This document shows, piece by piece, positions 18,493-29,046 of a stretch of DNA of 64,000 bases (position 1 is the stretch's first letter; every line of letters starts with the position of its first letter). Made by a program: the position numbers and the translations under genes. Under the pieces are notes generated by a model. The model did no database searches and was not told the origin of the DNA. It saw nothing but the letters and a program-made list of their open reading frames with translations. The DNA lies in IMG/VR virus record IMGVR_UViG_3300024520_000057, positions 9,215 through 73,214 of that record, one strand, 5' to 3'. Origin of the DNA: a virus.

Positions 18493-20046
18493 ATGTTAGG
18501 TTTTAAAAAGAACTTTTTTGTAAAAGCAGAAAAATTGAGTTCCATTGACTCAAGGGAAGTGCAGTTTGGTGGTGGCAAGACTGATGGTGATATTGAATAT
18601 CCTGAAAAGATTTCAACACTTACATTTGCTCAAATGGATAATATGTATCTTGCAAATGTATGGATAAGGGCATGTGTTGATAAGATAGTGGATAGGGTGT
18701 CAGATATCAATCCATTGATTAAGCCATTATCATATGGAAAAGCAGGACAGCCAACAGATCAAACCAAAAGGAATATGTTTGCACTTGGGGAACTCATCAC
18801 AAAACCAAATGATAACAATGAGAGCTTTGATTCCTCATTGCGAAAGAAAGTAACAAGGGACATGCTAAAGTATGATGCTGCAGCCATAGAGATTGTAAGA
18901 GAAACAAATTTAGCAACTGCCAAAAAAAGGATTCAAATTTATGCTGTTCCAGGAAATTCAATTAAGCTGAATGTCAATGAAAAAGGGATGTTTGATAAAC
19001 AGAAATCTTATGTTCAGATTGATTTTGAAATGAAGGAAATTGCAAGCTGGGGAATGGAAAGGATAATGTATTTCATGCAGAATCCCAGATCCAATAGTGT
19101 TTATGGATTGTCTAAACTTGAGTCATTGAATCAAACAGTTACAGCTGAGTTATATGCCAGCCAGCACAATTTAGATTTTTTCTATAATAATGCTACACCA
19201 AGATTTGCAGTGTTAGTTGAGGGAGCTGGAACAGGACAGGCAGATGCAGCAATTGAAAGATTCAGGTCATGGTGGAGAAGGGAATTGCAGGGACAACCTC
19301 ATAAGCCGTTGCTGATTGCAACTGAAGAAGGAAACATAAAGTTTGAAAAGGTAGGACTTACAAATGATGAAATGCAGTTTCAGGAATACAGTAGATGGCT
19401 GTTAACAAAGATAATGGCAATTTACGATATGCAGCCAATTGTGTTAGGTGTTGTGGATGTTGGAATGGGAAAGCTGAATAGCAATGAACAGACAAAGCTG
19501 TTTAAAAGGGATGCTGTTAGACCACACCTGAAATTGTTTTCAGAAAAATTTAATAACCAAATTGTATTTGCTAAATCTGGATTTGGGTTCAATGATATAT
19601 ATTTAGATTTTGATTTGGAATTGGATGATAAGAGGGAACAGGCAGAATGGCATGAAATTTATACAAGGAATGGAGTCCTTACAATCAATGAAATAAGAGT
19701 AAGGGGACTGGGGCTGAATCCTGTGCCATGGGGAAATGTTCCTTATTTACAGAATAATTTAGTTCCATTTGGAATAAATCCAAAAACAGGGGAATCAGCT
19801 GTTCCAGTTACAGCTCCATATTCATTGGCAACACAAACTGATAATCCACCTATTGTTCCAACAGTAATATCAACAAAGACACAGCTGTTAAAATATTTAG
19901 AGGAAGGAAATGGATTTCCAGTTGGATGGGAAACAATGGATCCTGGAAAAAGACTTGAGATATTAGATGAAATTGTCAAGGCAAAGGACAAGATGTTGTC
20001 TAAAGTTTATTTATTTCCAAAAGGAAATGTAGTAGATGCAGACTGA
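18493..20046 (+). CDS. Portal protein (HK97-like)
   Basis: YGLSKLE, FFYNNATP, DEMQFQE, NGVLTINEIR; position after terL. Confidence 0.92.
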   Translation: MLGFKKNFFVKAEKLSSIDSREVQFGGGKTDGDIEYPEKISTLTFAQMDNMYLANVWIRACVDKIVDRVSDINPLIKPLSYGKAGQPTDQTKRNMFALGELITKPNDNNESFDSSLRKKVTRDMLKYDAAAIEIVRETNLATAKKRIQIYAVPGNSIKLNVNEKGMFDKQKSYVQIDFEMKEIASWGMERIMYFMQNPRSNSVYGLSKLESLNQTVTAELYASQHNLDFFYNNATPRFAVLVEGAGTGQADAAIERFRSWWRRELQGQPHKPLLIATEEGNIKFEKVGLTNDEMQFQEYSRWLLTKIMAIYDMQPIVLGVVDVGMGKLNSNEQTKLFKRDAVRPHLKLFSEKFNNQIVFAKSGFGFNDIYLDFDLELDDKREQAEWHEIYTRNGVLTINEIRVRGLGLNPVPWGNVPYLQNNLVPFGINPKTGESAVPVTAPYSLATQTDNPPIVPTVISTKTQLLKYLEEGNGFPVGWETMDPGKRLEILDEIVKAKDKMLSKVYLFPKGNVVDAD

Positions 20047-21853
20047 TGTTATTGAGAAGCAACAAACAGATACAGAACTTTTATTTCAGTGGCAACTTCT
20101 GGAAGAGGAAAGACTTGAAGCAAGACTGCAAAAAGAATTTAAGGATGCCAAGAGCAACACACTCAAGCTTTTCAATGAAGAGTTTGTTCCACTGTATGAA
20201 TTAAGCAATAAATTTTTATCCTCATCACAAGAACTCACCAGAATAGATTTTGCACCAAAGTTCAAATACAAACAAGTCGGGGACTACAGATTCAAAGTTC
20301 ACACTTTTCCAGTTAAGATTAAAGAATGGTTTGAAAAATCTCCAGGAGATATTCCACAGTCATTAATCAATGTAATTGCTGAGGTAAATCCAGATCCATT
20401 TGGAACAGCTCTGACAGACTCTGTTTTTAGGGGAGTTGATGCAGGAGGTCAAAGTGTATTCAAGACCTTTGACATTGGAATTGATTTTGCTTTACTGGAT
20501 CCTAATGTTGAAAATTATTTGAGAAATTATCAGATACAACTTGCTTCAGCTGTAACAACAGAAATCTCTAATAAGATTAAATTTGAAATACTTGATGGGA
20601 TAAGAAATTTCGAAAGCATTCCTGAAATCAGGGGAAGAATATTGGAAGTCTGGAACAAGCCGATTGAGGTAAATGTTTCCACTAAAATAGATACACAGGG
20701 AAATGTTCTTAGACAAGGATACAGATATAATATTTCACCTGATAAATGGGCAACAACAGTAGCAAGAACAGAGGTGTCAAGAGCATTTGCATCAGGAAGA
20801 TTGGAATCTTATAAACAGATTGGAGTTGTTGAAAAAGTCCAGTTTATGGTTACACCTGATGAAAGGTTGTGTCCAAACTGTAATTTGATGGATGGACAAA
20901 TTTTTACAATTCCAAATGCAGCAGGTTTGATTCCACTTCATGCTATGTGTAGGTGCACTTGGATTCCAGTTTTAAAGGGTGATGTTAATGCAGCAAAAAC
21001 ACAGGCAGCACAGAATGTAGAAAAGTTATACAAGAATGTTAAGAAGGCTGATCCATTTCAAAAAGCTGTAGATGCCAGATGGGCAACTTTTAAGGATAAG
21101 CATGCTGGTGAATTAAAGAAAATTAAAGAGTTTAATAAAAATTTTAAAAAGCCGTTAATTAGTAAGGGAGAATTGGGAGATTTATATATCAGGATGAATT
21201 TGTCAGCAGCATTCCAAAATGATATGATTGCAATGTATCACCAAACAATGGGAGCTGTTCTTCACAGCCAGTTTAGAGTAACAATGTTAAATTGGTATGG
21301 ATCAGCAAATAGTGGTGGGGCAGGTTTGTTGAAGAATGCTGCATCTGTTCACAAAAAATCAAGTGTGTTGTATCATGACTATGAGTTTATAGACCATGAC
21401 AAATCATTGATTAAATGGTTTAAGGATAATGTTGAAAGGTCATTTAAAGGAATGAGAATGGATCCGAATCATTTTCAGGATGCATTTAAGATTACTCAAA
21501 TGTTTAGTGAAAAATTTTTAACAGAAGTATATGGGAAAACTATTAAATTATATAGAGGTGTTAAAGCTGATTATTTTGAAAAATTAGGTATTAAAAAAGG
21601 AAGTCTGTCAACCCATGATACACTGAATGTTGGTCAAAATTCACTTACTTCATGGACTGTATCAAAGGATGTTGCACGAGAATTTTCAAGAGGTGAGGGA
21701 AGTGCTGTTCTTGAGATTGAGGTGAATGTATCTGATATTCTCAATCACTTCATATCACCATTTGTGCCCGGCATTGAATTTGTTACAGAGTTTGAAATGA
21801 TGTATATGTCTAAAGGCATAGATACAGCAAGGATTGCTATAATTATGGAATGA
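20036..21853 (+). CDS. MuF/SPP1 gp7-like minor head protein with C-terminal ADP-ribosyltransferase domain
   Basis: VARTEVSRA, DERLCPNC, PLHAMCRCTWIP (MuF); KLYRG, LTSWT, TEFE (R-S-E ART). Confidence 0.85.
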   Translation: MQTDVIEKQQTDTELLFQWQLLEEERLEARLQKEFKDAKSNTLKLFNEEFVPLYELSNKFLSSSQELTRIDFAPKFKYKQVGDYRFKVHTFPVKIKEWFEKSPGDIPQSLINVIAEVNPDPFGTALTDSVFRGVDAGGQSVFKTFDIGIDFALLDPNVENYLRNYQIQLASAVTTEISNKIKFEILDGIRNFESIPEIRGRILEVWNKPIEVNVSTKIDTQGNVLRQGYRYNISPDKWATTVARTEVSRAFASGRLESYKQIGVVEKVQFMVTPDERLCPNCNLMDGQIFTIPNAAGLIPLHAMCRCTWIPVLKGDVNAAKTQAAQNVEKLYKNVKKADPFQKAVDARWATFKDKHAGELKKIKEFNKNFKKPLISKGELGDLYIRMNLSAAFQNDMIAMYHQTMGAVLHSQFRVTMLNWYGSANSGGAGLLKNAASVHKKSSVLYHDYEFIDHDKSLIKWFKDNVERSFKGMRMDPNHFQDAFKITQMFSEKFLTEVYGKTIKLYRGVKADYFEKLGIKKGSLSTHDTLNVGQNSLTSWTVSKDVAREFSRGEGSAVLEIEVNVSDILNHFISPFVPGIEFVTEFEMMYMSKGIDTARIAIIME

Positions 21854-21884
21854 TATTGTATGTTTGAATATAAAGGAGATTGTG

Positions 21885-22061
21885 ATGCCAGAGAATAAAA
21901 AGACAGAATGGCAAAAAAAATACGATGATACAGTAGAAGAGTTGGAAAAGAAATTTAATGTAAAGCCAGATATCATACTGGATACATCAGTGGTTGATGA
22001 TGACTGGAGAATTGAATACAGAAAACAGCTTGCTTTTGATAAAGAAAACCAACCTGCTTAA
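21885..22061 (+). CDS. Small acidic protein, candidate immunity partner of MuF-ART
   Basis: AAGGAG SD then ATG 21885, directly after the toxin-domain gene. Confidence 0.45.
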   Translation: MPENKKTEWQKKYDDTVEELEKKFNVKPDIILDTSVVDDDWRIEYRKQLAFDKENQPA

Positions 22062-22170
22062 AAAATAGCCCACCTGTATTTCCTATCTTATTTAGATGGT
22101 TTCAATAAAATAGTTTAGTTTTTAAAATATTACAAACTTAAATTCCACCCAGAATTATATAAAAAATGGA

Positions 22171-23691
22171 GTGGAATTTTTGCCATATTCTTTGCCAAAC
22201 AATATACCAGATTCCATAAAAGGACTTCCAGCTGGTGCAAAAAAGATTTGGGTGGCTGTATTTAATTCTGTTTTGAGTGGAGGTGGAAGTGAGGATAATG
22301 CAAGGAAAGCTGCTTGGTCAAAAGTAAAGGATAAATACAAGAAGCAAGGGGACAAATGGGTGAAAAAGAAATACACCAATATAAAGAAATTGCCTGTTAA
22401 AGTTCAAACACTCCCAGAAACCACACAAAATGTCTGGATGGCATTATATAACCAAAATAGAACAAATGGATTAACAAATAAACAAGCTTCTGAAAAAGCT
22501 TGGAATTCAGTCAAAGAAAAATTTGAGTGGAATTCTGATAAAGAAACCTGGAATGTAAAAAAATCAATGGAGAATTTTATCATGAAAGAGTTTTTGAATA
22601 AAACAAAAGATAAAGGATTATTCAAGGTATTTATTCCATTTGACCAAGAAAATGGTATGGCAAAAATTCTTGAGAAAGAAGTGGATGGGAAGGTAAAGAA
22701 ATTTTTACATGGAATTGCAAGCAATACAACAGTGGACAGGGAAGATGAAAGAATTTCAAAACAGTTCATCAAAAAAATGCAACAAACAGCTTTGGGACTT
22801 ACTGTTTTCTCTGAGCATGAACATAAGATTGAGAAAACAATTGGATACATTGATGATACAGGAGGAGATGAGGATAATTTTGAAATATTGACTGCACTGG
22901 AACCAGAGTTTGAACCTGAAAATAATCCTACAGGCAATGAAGTGGTAACGAATATTTTGAACAAATTAGACCATGGCATTAAGCTTGGATATTCAGTAGG
23001 TGGGAAAGTTACCAAAGCACACAAGGTATTTGATGAGAAGGCACAAAGAGATGTAAGGGAATTGGTGGATGGTGATGTTTATGAGGTTTCAGTTACAGCA
23101 ATGCCATCTGCATATGGAACTTGGGTTACACCTATTATAAAAAGTATGAATGAGTTTATTGATGAGGATGTGGAAGTAGATGAAATAGAGGAAGAAGTGG
23201 AAGAGGAAGCAAGTGAAAAACCAACACTTGAAAAGGATTTTGTATTAAGCTGGGCAATAACAAATGGCAAGGACACAGAGGCTGTGAAGAAAGCAATTGA
23301 ACAAAAAAGAAATGAGTTGGGACTTACAGTTCCACAAATGGAGTTGATTACCACTAAACATTTGAGTGGTGAGTTGACAGAGGAAAATTTTGAAAAATTA
23401 TTGACTGCCTTTCAAACAATAAATACACTTGATGATGAAGGTGTTGATACCAAAAAATTATCTAAAGCATTGGATGAGATAATTCAGCAGGATAACATCA
23501 GTGGTCAGTTGTATGATTTGTTTTGGGCATTTAGACAAGCAGTGCATAAGATTGTCTATAATGATAATTTAGAGCCAACAGAGAAGAAGACCAAAATCAA
23601 CAGCCTGTCATCTGAATTTGGTGATAAGGTTGAATCCCTTTCTACACAGTTGGCTGAATTAGCAGCAACACTTGATGAACAATTAGCTTAA
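22171..23691 (+). CDS. Prohead protease (HK97/S78-like) with two N-terminal ChaB-like domains
   Basis: LPAGAKKIWVAVFNS...AWSKVKDKY and LPETTQNVWMALYN...AWNSVKEKF; GIASNTTVDREDE, EHEH, GYSVGG, YEVSVT. Confidence 0.85.
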   Translation: MEFLPYSLPNNIPDSIKGLPAGAKKIWVAVFNSVLSGGGSEDNARKAAWSKVKDKYKKQGDKWVKKKYTNIKKLPVKVQTLPETTQNVWMALYNQNRTNGLTNKQASEKAWNSVKEKFEWNSDKETWNVKKSMENFIMKEFLNKTKDKGLFKVFIPFDQENGMAKILEKEVDGKVKKFLHGIASNTTVDREDERISKQFIKKMQQTALGLTVFSEHEHKIEKTIGYIDDTGGDEDNFEILTALEPEFEPENNPTGNEVVTNILNKLDHGIKLGYSVGGKVTKAHKVFDEKAQRDVRELVDGDVYEVSVTAMPSAYGTWVTPIIKSMNEFIDEDVEVDEIEEEVEEEASEKPTLEKDFVLSWAITNGKDTEAVKKAIEQKRNELGLTVPQMELITTKHLSGELTEENFEKLLTAFQTINTLDDEGVDTKKLSKALDEIIQQDNISGQLYDLFWAFRQAVHKIVYNDNLEPTEKKTKINSLSSEFGDKVESLSTQLAELAATLDEQLA

Positions 23692-23715
23692 ATTTAATTA
23701 AATGAGGTATTAATC

Positions 23716-24210
23716 ATGGATTTGAAAGAAAGTATCCAACAAATGATTGCAAGCAAGTTGGAAGCAGTTGCCGATGAGGTAACAAAGAGTTTGGGGAAAA
23801 AAGAAGTAGAGCTGGATCCTTCTGAGAAGAAGGATGAAGCTCAATTTGATCCAAAGGATTTTGTTACAAAATTCACAGAATCACTTGCACCTGTGATTGG
23901 AGAGGTAGTTGCGAAAGCTATTGATGACAAATTGAAGGATAGCAAAACAGACGAGGAGAAGGAAACAGATAGTATGGTTGAATTCAATGGAGCAGTAAGG
24001 AAGCTGATGAGCGACCATGGTATTGGTGAAGGTGTGTCTGTTTTAGTCAAGGAAGAGAAATCAGGAATGATACTGGGTGAAGATGGCAAGTTTGTCAAGG
24101 AAAAGGAGGAGGAGAAAGAAAAGGATATTGATGAAGAGCTGGAAGCATTGGATAATGAGGGCAAAGAGGAAGCTTTGGGTGCCTGGTTCGGAGCCAAAAT
24201 CAACAGTTAA
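23716..24210 (+). CDS. Putative capsid scaffolding protein
   Basis: Acidic, helical, between the protease and capsid genes. Confidence 0.6.
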   Translation: MDLKESIQQMIASKLEAVADEVTKSLGKKEVELDPSEKKDEAQFDPKDFVTKFTESLAPVIGEVVAKAIDDKLKDSKTDEEKETDSMVEFNGAVRKLMSDHGIGEGVSVLVKEEKSGMILGEDGKFVKEKEEEKEKDIDEELEALDNEGKEEALGAWFGAKINS

Positions 24211-24257
24211 TGTTTTTTAATTAATTGATGACAACTCAAAAATAAAGGAAAACAAAA

Positions 24258-25259
24258 ATGGAAAACAAAGGATTAAATGATGCTTTGAGGAAGGCTCTGA
24301 TGAACACAACGGCAGGAACAGGTGGAGATTTTTTGCCACTGCCTCTTGCCAGACAGTTCATTCAGTATGTATGGGATCAAAACTTTCTCCGACAAGCATT
24401 CCGTGTTGTCCCGATGAGGACAAAAACTCTTGATTATCCCAAAATCTTGAGCAAACCAAAAGTGTATTATGAATCAACTGAAGGAACAGCAGCAATCAAA
24501 ACCACATTCACAACTGCAACCTTGCGACTTACTGCAAAGAAATTCTTGAGTGAAATTGACTTATCCATGGAAGTGATAGAGGATGCTCAGAATGATATGC
24601 AAGCAATAGCAAGGGAAATTTTTGCAGGGGCATTGGCAGAAGCAGAAGAACAGGCTATGATAATTGGTGATCCTGCACATAGTCCTACCACAGCTACAGA
24701 AGCAAGTGAAACTGCCAGCACATGGTTTACCAAGGATCACAGAATGATATGGTATGGATTGCTCACATTGGCAGCAGATATTGCAGGTGTTCTTGGGGAC
24801 GATACAAGGGCAGCCAATAGAGTAGATGGTGGTGGTGGAGCAATGTCCACAGCAATAATTCGTCAAGCAATGTATAATCTTGGAAAGTATGGCAGAGTGA
24901 TGCAGAACTTATTGCTCATTCTGAATCCATGGAGTTCAAACCAGTTACTGGATGATGCCAAGTTGGTTACACTTGATAAATATGGTCCACAAGCAACAAT
25001 ATTTACAGGTGAATTCGGCAAGTTGTATGGCAAAGTTGCAGTGATAAATTCTGCTCAAACAACAGATGGATATGGTGTAATTACACATATTGGAAATCCC
25101 ATCATTGGGGATAGAAGGAGAGTGAAAATCAAGACAGATGAGGAGATCAAGGAAGATGTCAAGGTATTTGTCTTGAGTGAGAGAGCAGATTTTCAGGTTA
25201 TGCACAAAGCAGCATTATGTCAGGTCTGGAATTTAGAATCACCATCAACAATTAGTTAA
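24258..25259 (+). CDS. Major capsid protein (HK97 fold)
   Basis: GGDFLPLPLARQFI, LTAKKF, SMEVIED, ERADF; position. Confidence 0.9.
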   Translation: MENKGLNDALRKALMNTTAGTGGDFLPLPLARQFIQYVWDQNFLRQAFRVVPMRTKTLDYPKILSKPKVYYESTEGTAAIKTTFTTATLRLTAKKFLSEIDLSMEVIEDAQNDMQAIAREIFAGALAEAEEQAMIIGDPAHSPTTATEASETASTWFTKDHRMIWYGLLTLAADIAGVLGDDTRAANRVDGGGGAMSTAIIRQAMYNLGKYGRVMQNLLLILNPWSSNQLLDDAKLVTLDKYGPQATIFTGEFGKLYGKVAVINSAQTTDGYGVITHIGNPIIGDRRRVKIKTDEEIKEDVKVFVLSERADFQVMHKAALCQVWNLESPSTIS

Positions 25260-25279
25260 TGAAATTTTCCCAATGACCC

Positions 25280-25317
25280 AAATGCACCAGTGGAAAGCAA
25301 TCTGCTGGTGCATTTTT
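25280..25317 (+). terminator. Rho-independent terminator after the capsid gene
   Basis: aaatgcaccag...ctggtgcattt stem (extendable with G-U pairs) with T-run. Confidence 0.75.
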
Positions 25318-25333
25318 AAAAAAAGGAATTTTT

Positions 25334-25780
25334 ATGATATGGTGGCAATACTTATTGATTGTGTTAGGTGGTGTATGGATGACAGCTACAACAACATTGC
25401 TTGTTAAAATTATTTTTGATTGGCTGAAGAATAAAAAGAATGGTGGCAATGGAGATGTTATTGGTCAAGGTGGCAGGAGACCAGTTGTTTGTGCAATGGA
25501 TGTTAGTGGTATAACTAAAACAGTAGGTGAAATTAATCAATCTGTCAATGATAATAAAGTCACTATGGAAAGATTAGAAGGCAGAATAAATATTGGAGTG
25601 GATGCAGCACAACAAGATATAACATTGTATGCTAAACTTCAGGAAACAGGCAATAGCAATTTGGTAGTTCAAAAAGATATACTAAAGGAAATAAAATTGT
25701 TGAATGTTAGCTTGAAGGAAGACAAGACAAGTGCAATGTTAGGTGTTTTAGAAGACATAAGTGAAAGTCTGAAAAAATGA
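25334..25780 (+). CDS. Single-TM coiled-coil protein
   Basis: N-terminal TM followed by heptad-like region. Confidence 0.55.
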   Translation: MIWWQYLLIVLGGVWMTATTTLLVKIIFDWLKNKKNGGNGDVIGQGGRRPVVCAMDVSGITKTVGEINQSVNDNKVTMERLEGRINIGVDAAQQDITLYAKLQETGNSNLVVQKDILKEIKLLNVSLKEDKTSAMLGVLEDISESLKK

Positions 25781-25843
25781 GAAAATTTGGATTACCAGAG
25801 TCATTTAAAAAATTAATTTTTAGAAATTCAAAATTGGTGAAAG

Positions 25844-27955
25844 ATGATGGACAGAGACACAGGCAAAAATCTTCTGACCCAAGAAAAAAAGTCAGTGGAA
25901 AAAAAGGAACAAGTAATATCAGTCAGGGACAATGATGGTTATTTAGATTTAAGAATACAGAAGAAATTTTTACTTGAAAATTCAACATTTGATATACAGA
26001 AACTTATTCTTGCTGCATTGTCACCAATTTTTTTAAATAAGAATAAGCAAGCACCAGCACCTGCCAAAAGAAAACAATCCACTATATTCCCACATGTAGC
26101 ATTTTTCATAGAATTCATGCCACACTACACAGGTGGAAGATATTCAATGTTCTTGCAGGCATTGATTTTATCCCATTATACTCGTGTAACAGTTGTATCC
26201 ACACACAAGCCTCCTTTCTATGATGACTTCAAGGATTATTACAATGATAATTTCAGCATGGCTTATTCCAATGATTGGCTGATGCACCAGAGGGAAAATC
26301 CTTATGATTTGATTTTTGGAATACCAAATATTTGTGGACAATTTGCACATGCTTATGCAAAGAAATGGAAGCTCAAATTATACTTGATGATGTTTGAAAC
26401 TCCGAACTGGATTAGGCAATTCAGGGAAGGGATTGATTCAACAGAGGATTTTTGGTCAAGCTATAAAAAAAGTTTGTTGGAAGCTGATAAAATTATTACA
26501 CCATCTGTGGAGAGCAAGAAATGGCTGCAGGATTGGGATCCTGAATTTAGAAATAAAACAGTTGAGGTGCTGTATCCAAATTTTAATCAGCTGACTGCTG
26601 ACAAAGTGATGAAGGAAGCTGGCATAAGGCATTATGATAGAAAGTCTGTTGTATTTTTGTCCAGGATGGCAGATTTTAAGAAGCCAATTACATTGTTTGA
26701 AAAGATTCCAGATGATGTAGATATTCATATCATAGGGAAAATTTGGTCAGAAACAAGGACTGTTATTGATAAGGTGAAAAAGGATAACTGGATTATTCAT
26801 GAACAAATAAGTGATGAGGAGAAATTTAGGATAATCAGGAATTCAGATTTGCTAATATTCCCTACAAAGTTTGAAGGTGCAGGGATGCCACCAATGGAAG
26901 CATTTTATTTTGGTATTCCTGTTATCACATATGATTTGCCTGTGTTGAGGGAATTGTATGGTAATTTACCTGTCTACATTCCGATTGGTGATGAAGGTGC
27001 ATTCCTCCAAGCAATCATGGAAGCACTGGGAAAAGATGGTTCCCACCAAGATTTTGCCCGTTCTAAACAGTATGCTAACAAGAGCTATGCAAGTGTGAGG
27101 AAAACTGCTGAAAGAATGTTGGAGCTATTTGAAATTCCAAAGGTGACAGCAGGTGTAATTGTTGGGGATGGATATGATTATTTAGAGTATGCTGTAAACA
27201 GCTTATTTCCATATTTATGGGAAGTGGTAATTGCTCATGGATTTGTTGATGGATACAAGAATACCAATGATGCTGAATTTGATGAAGTTGAATCTGCCCT
27301 TACAAGATTACTATTCAAGGATACAATAGGAAAAATTCGATATGGCAAAGGAAAGGCATGGAAAGATAAAATTGAAATGCAGAATAAGATAGCAGAAAAT
27401 GTGACAGGTGAATTTTATCTCAAGTTGGATAGTGATGAGGTGTGGAAGCCAGAAACATTTCAATTAGCTATTCAGGAATTTGTGGATGATCCAGATCTTA
27501 CAATTCTCAAAATGCCTTTCTTTCATTTTTGGTTAAGTTTTAAAAACATAGCAGTTGATGCAGGAGGGAAATGGGGAACCAAACATCCGAGAATTTGGAG
27601 ATGGGATAAATCATTTAGACATGAAACCAGTTTTAATCATTTTGTTAATACACAGAATGCAATTCACATACCAGTTATTAGTCCAGATTTCAAGGAAAAG
27701 GAATTTGGTGGTGATAGGATTTATCATTTTGGATGGTGTAGAAAATTAGGAAAAATGTTGATTAAAATAAGGTATTATAAACTTAGAGGAATTGAAAAAT
27801 TTGTTACCGATACAGTGAGTGAGTGGAAGGAACTGAGTGATGCAACTATGGTAACACAAGATGTTAGGTCTTGGGCAGAACCATTTGATGGAATACTGCC
27901 TAAAATTTTAGAAGACCATCCATATAAAAACATCAAGGATGTGAGGAATTTATGA
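25844..27955 (+). CDS. Bifunctional glycosyltransferase (GT4 + GT2-like)
   Basis: FPTKFEGAGMPPMEAFYFGIPVITYDLP (GT4 Ex7E); KLDSDEVW, IYHFGW (GT-A). Confidence 0.88.
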   Translation: MMDRDTGKNLLTQEKKSVEKKEQVISVRDNDGYLDLRIQKKFLLENSTFDIQKLILAALSPIFLNKNKQAPAPAKRKQSTIFPHVAFFIEFMPHYTGGRYSMFLQALILSHYTRVTVVSTHKPPFYDDFKDYYNDNFSMAYSNDWLMHQRENPYDLIFGIPNICGQFAHAYAKKWKLKLYLMMFETPNWIRQFREGIDSTEDFWSSYKKSLLEADKIITPSVESKKWLQDWDPEFRNKTVEVLYPNFNQLTADKVMKEAGIRHYDRKSVVFLSRMADFKKPITLFEKIPDDVDIHIIGKIWSETRTVIDKVKKDNWIIHEQISDEEKFRIIRNSDLLIFPTKFEGAGMPPMEAFYFGIPVITYDLPVLRELYGNLPVYIPIGDEGAFLQAIMEALGKDGSHQDFARSKQYANKSYASVRKTAERMLELFEIPKVTAGVIVGDGYDYLEYAVNSLFPYLWEVVIAHGFVDGYKNTNDAEFDEVESALTRLLFKDTIGKIRYGKGKAWKDKIEMQNKIAENVTGEFYLKLDSDEVWKPETFQLAIQEFVDDPDLTILKMPFFHFWLSFKNIAVDAGGKWGTKHPRIWRWDKSFRHETSFNHFVNTQNAIHIPVISPDFKEKEFGGDRIYHFGWCRKLGKMLIKIRYYKLRGIEKFVTDTVSEWKELSDATMVTQDVRSWAEPFDGILPKILEDHPYKNIKDVRNL

Positions 27956-28045
27956 TTTGTGAGTGTGGGTGTGGTGGAATTGTTTGGTGATTTGGGAAGG
28001 GGAATTAAATGTGGAATCAAAATTAGCAAACTTTATAAGGAGAAA

Positions 28046-28366
28046 ATGATGGACGATTATTTGTGTAATGATCGAAATGTTTCTAAACATATCACGAATA
28101 AGAAGGAATCAACACCCAGAGATAATTCTGGAAAAGTTGTTCCATTAATAACAGGAGCAATGACTTCAGATACAATGGGGGGATTTATTTCAGTTGAATC
28201 ACAGTCTGTAGCTGAATTATTCCCTGAGCACCCATACATAGTCAAGGCTTTGCTTGATGCAGGATATGTGGATGGGGCATCTATACCAAGGAAAATGGAA
28301 GACCTTGTAGAAATAAAAGGAATTGGCAAAAAATCTGCTACTAAAATAATGGAGGTAATTGGATAA
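28046..28366 (+). CDS. Small protein with C-terminal helix-hairpin-helix
   Basis: DLVEIKGIGKKSATKI; ATG 28046 after AAGGAG preferred to 27959. Confidence 0.65.
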   Translation: MMDDYLCNDRNVSKHITNKKESTPRDNSGKVVPLITGAMTSDTMGGFISVESQSVAELFPEHPYIVKALLDAGYVDGASIPRKMEDLVEIKGIGKKSATKIMEVIG

Positions 28367-29046
28367 TGTATAATTTCAAGGTGTTTAAGAAGAATGAGAA
28401 GATGCCAACAGTTCCGTTGGTGGTATTTGGAAACAATGATGATGTTTATGAGGAGACAAGGGAAAAGGCATATGAATCAAAATTGCATTGTCCTGTTGAG
28501 GTGGTTGAGGATTTTAATGATGATTTGAGAAATCTTTATGCCAAGGGTTTGTCATTAGCATTGAAAAATGGTGCCCCATTTTTCTTAATTGTTAACCATT
28601 CTATTATTCCTAAAAAAGATTGGGTTGAGGAAGCAAAGAAATTGTTAGGGAATAATGCTGTTGTTGTAGATGGTTCAAACTTCAGATTTTTAATTGCCAG
28701 AACAAGAAGAGTCAGGAAGTTTGGTGCATACAGAACATATGGATTCCCACATGACTTGTATAATTTTCTTGTTGAGAAAGTCAAATCTGAAGGATTTGAA
28801 TTCAATATATTAAGTCAGGGTGAAAAGGAAGAGCTTTATTCATTCATTGATGCTGATGATATTTTACAGGACAAGCCATCTGAAGCAATTGAGGAAGATT
28901 TATCAGAGGACAAGGATGCAGAGTTGCAAGAGATAGCTGATGAAAATGCTGTCAAGGATGAATTTCCAGAAGATGCACAAGAAGTGGAACCAATTGATGA
29001 ATTAGAGGATTTGGAGGAAGATGAATCAGAAGGAAAAGATGGATAG
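28366..29046 (+). CDS. Degenerate GT-A-like protein with acidic tail
   Basis: YAKGLSLA...FFLIVNHSIIPKKDWVEE resembles GT2 lacking DxD; D/E-rich C-terminus. Confidence 0.4.
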   Translation: MYNFKVFKKNEKMPTVPLVVFGNNDDVYEETREKAYESKLHCPVEVVEDFNDDLRNLYAKGLSLALKNGAPFFLIVNHSIIPKKDWVEEAKKLLGNNAVVVDGSNFRFLIARTRRVRKFGAYRTYGFPHDLYNFLVEKVKSEGFEFNILSQGEKEELYSFIDADDILQDKPSEAIEEDLSEDKDAELQEIADENAVKDEFPEDAQEVEPIDELEDLEEDESEGKDG

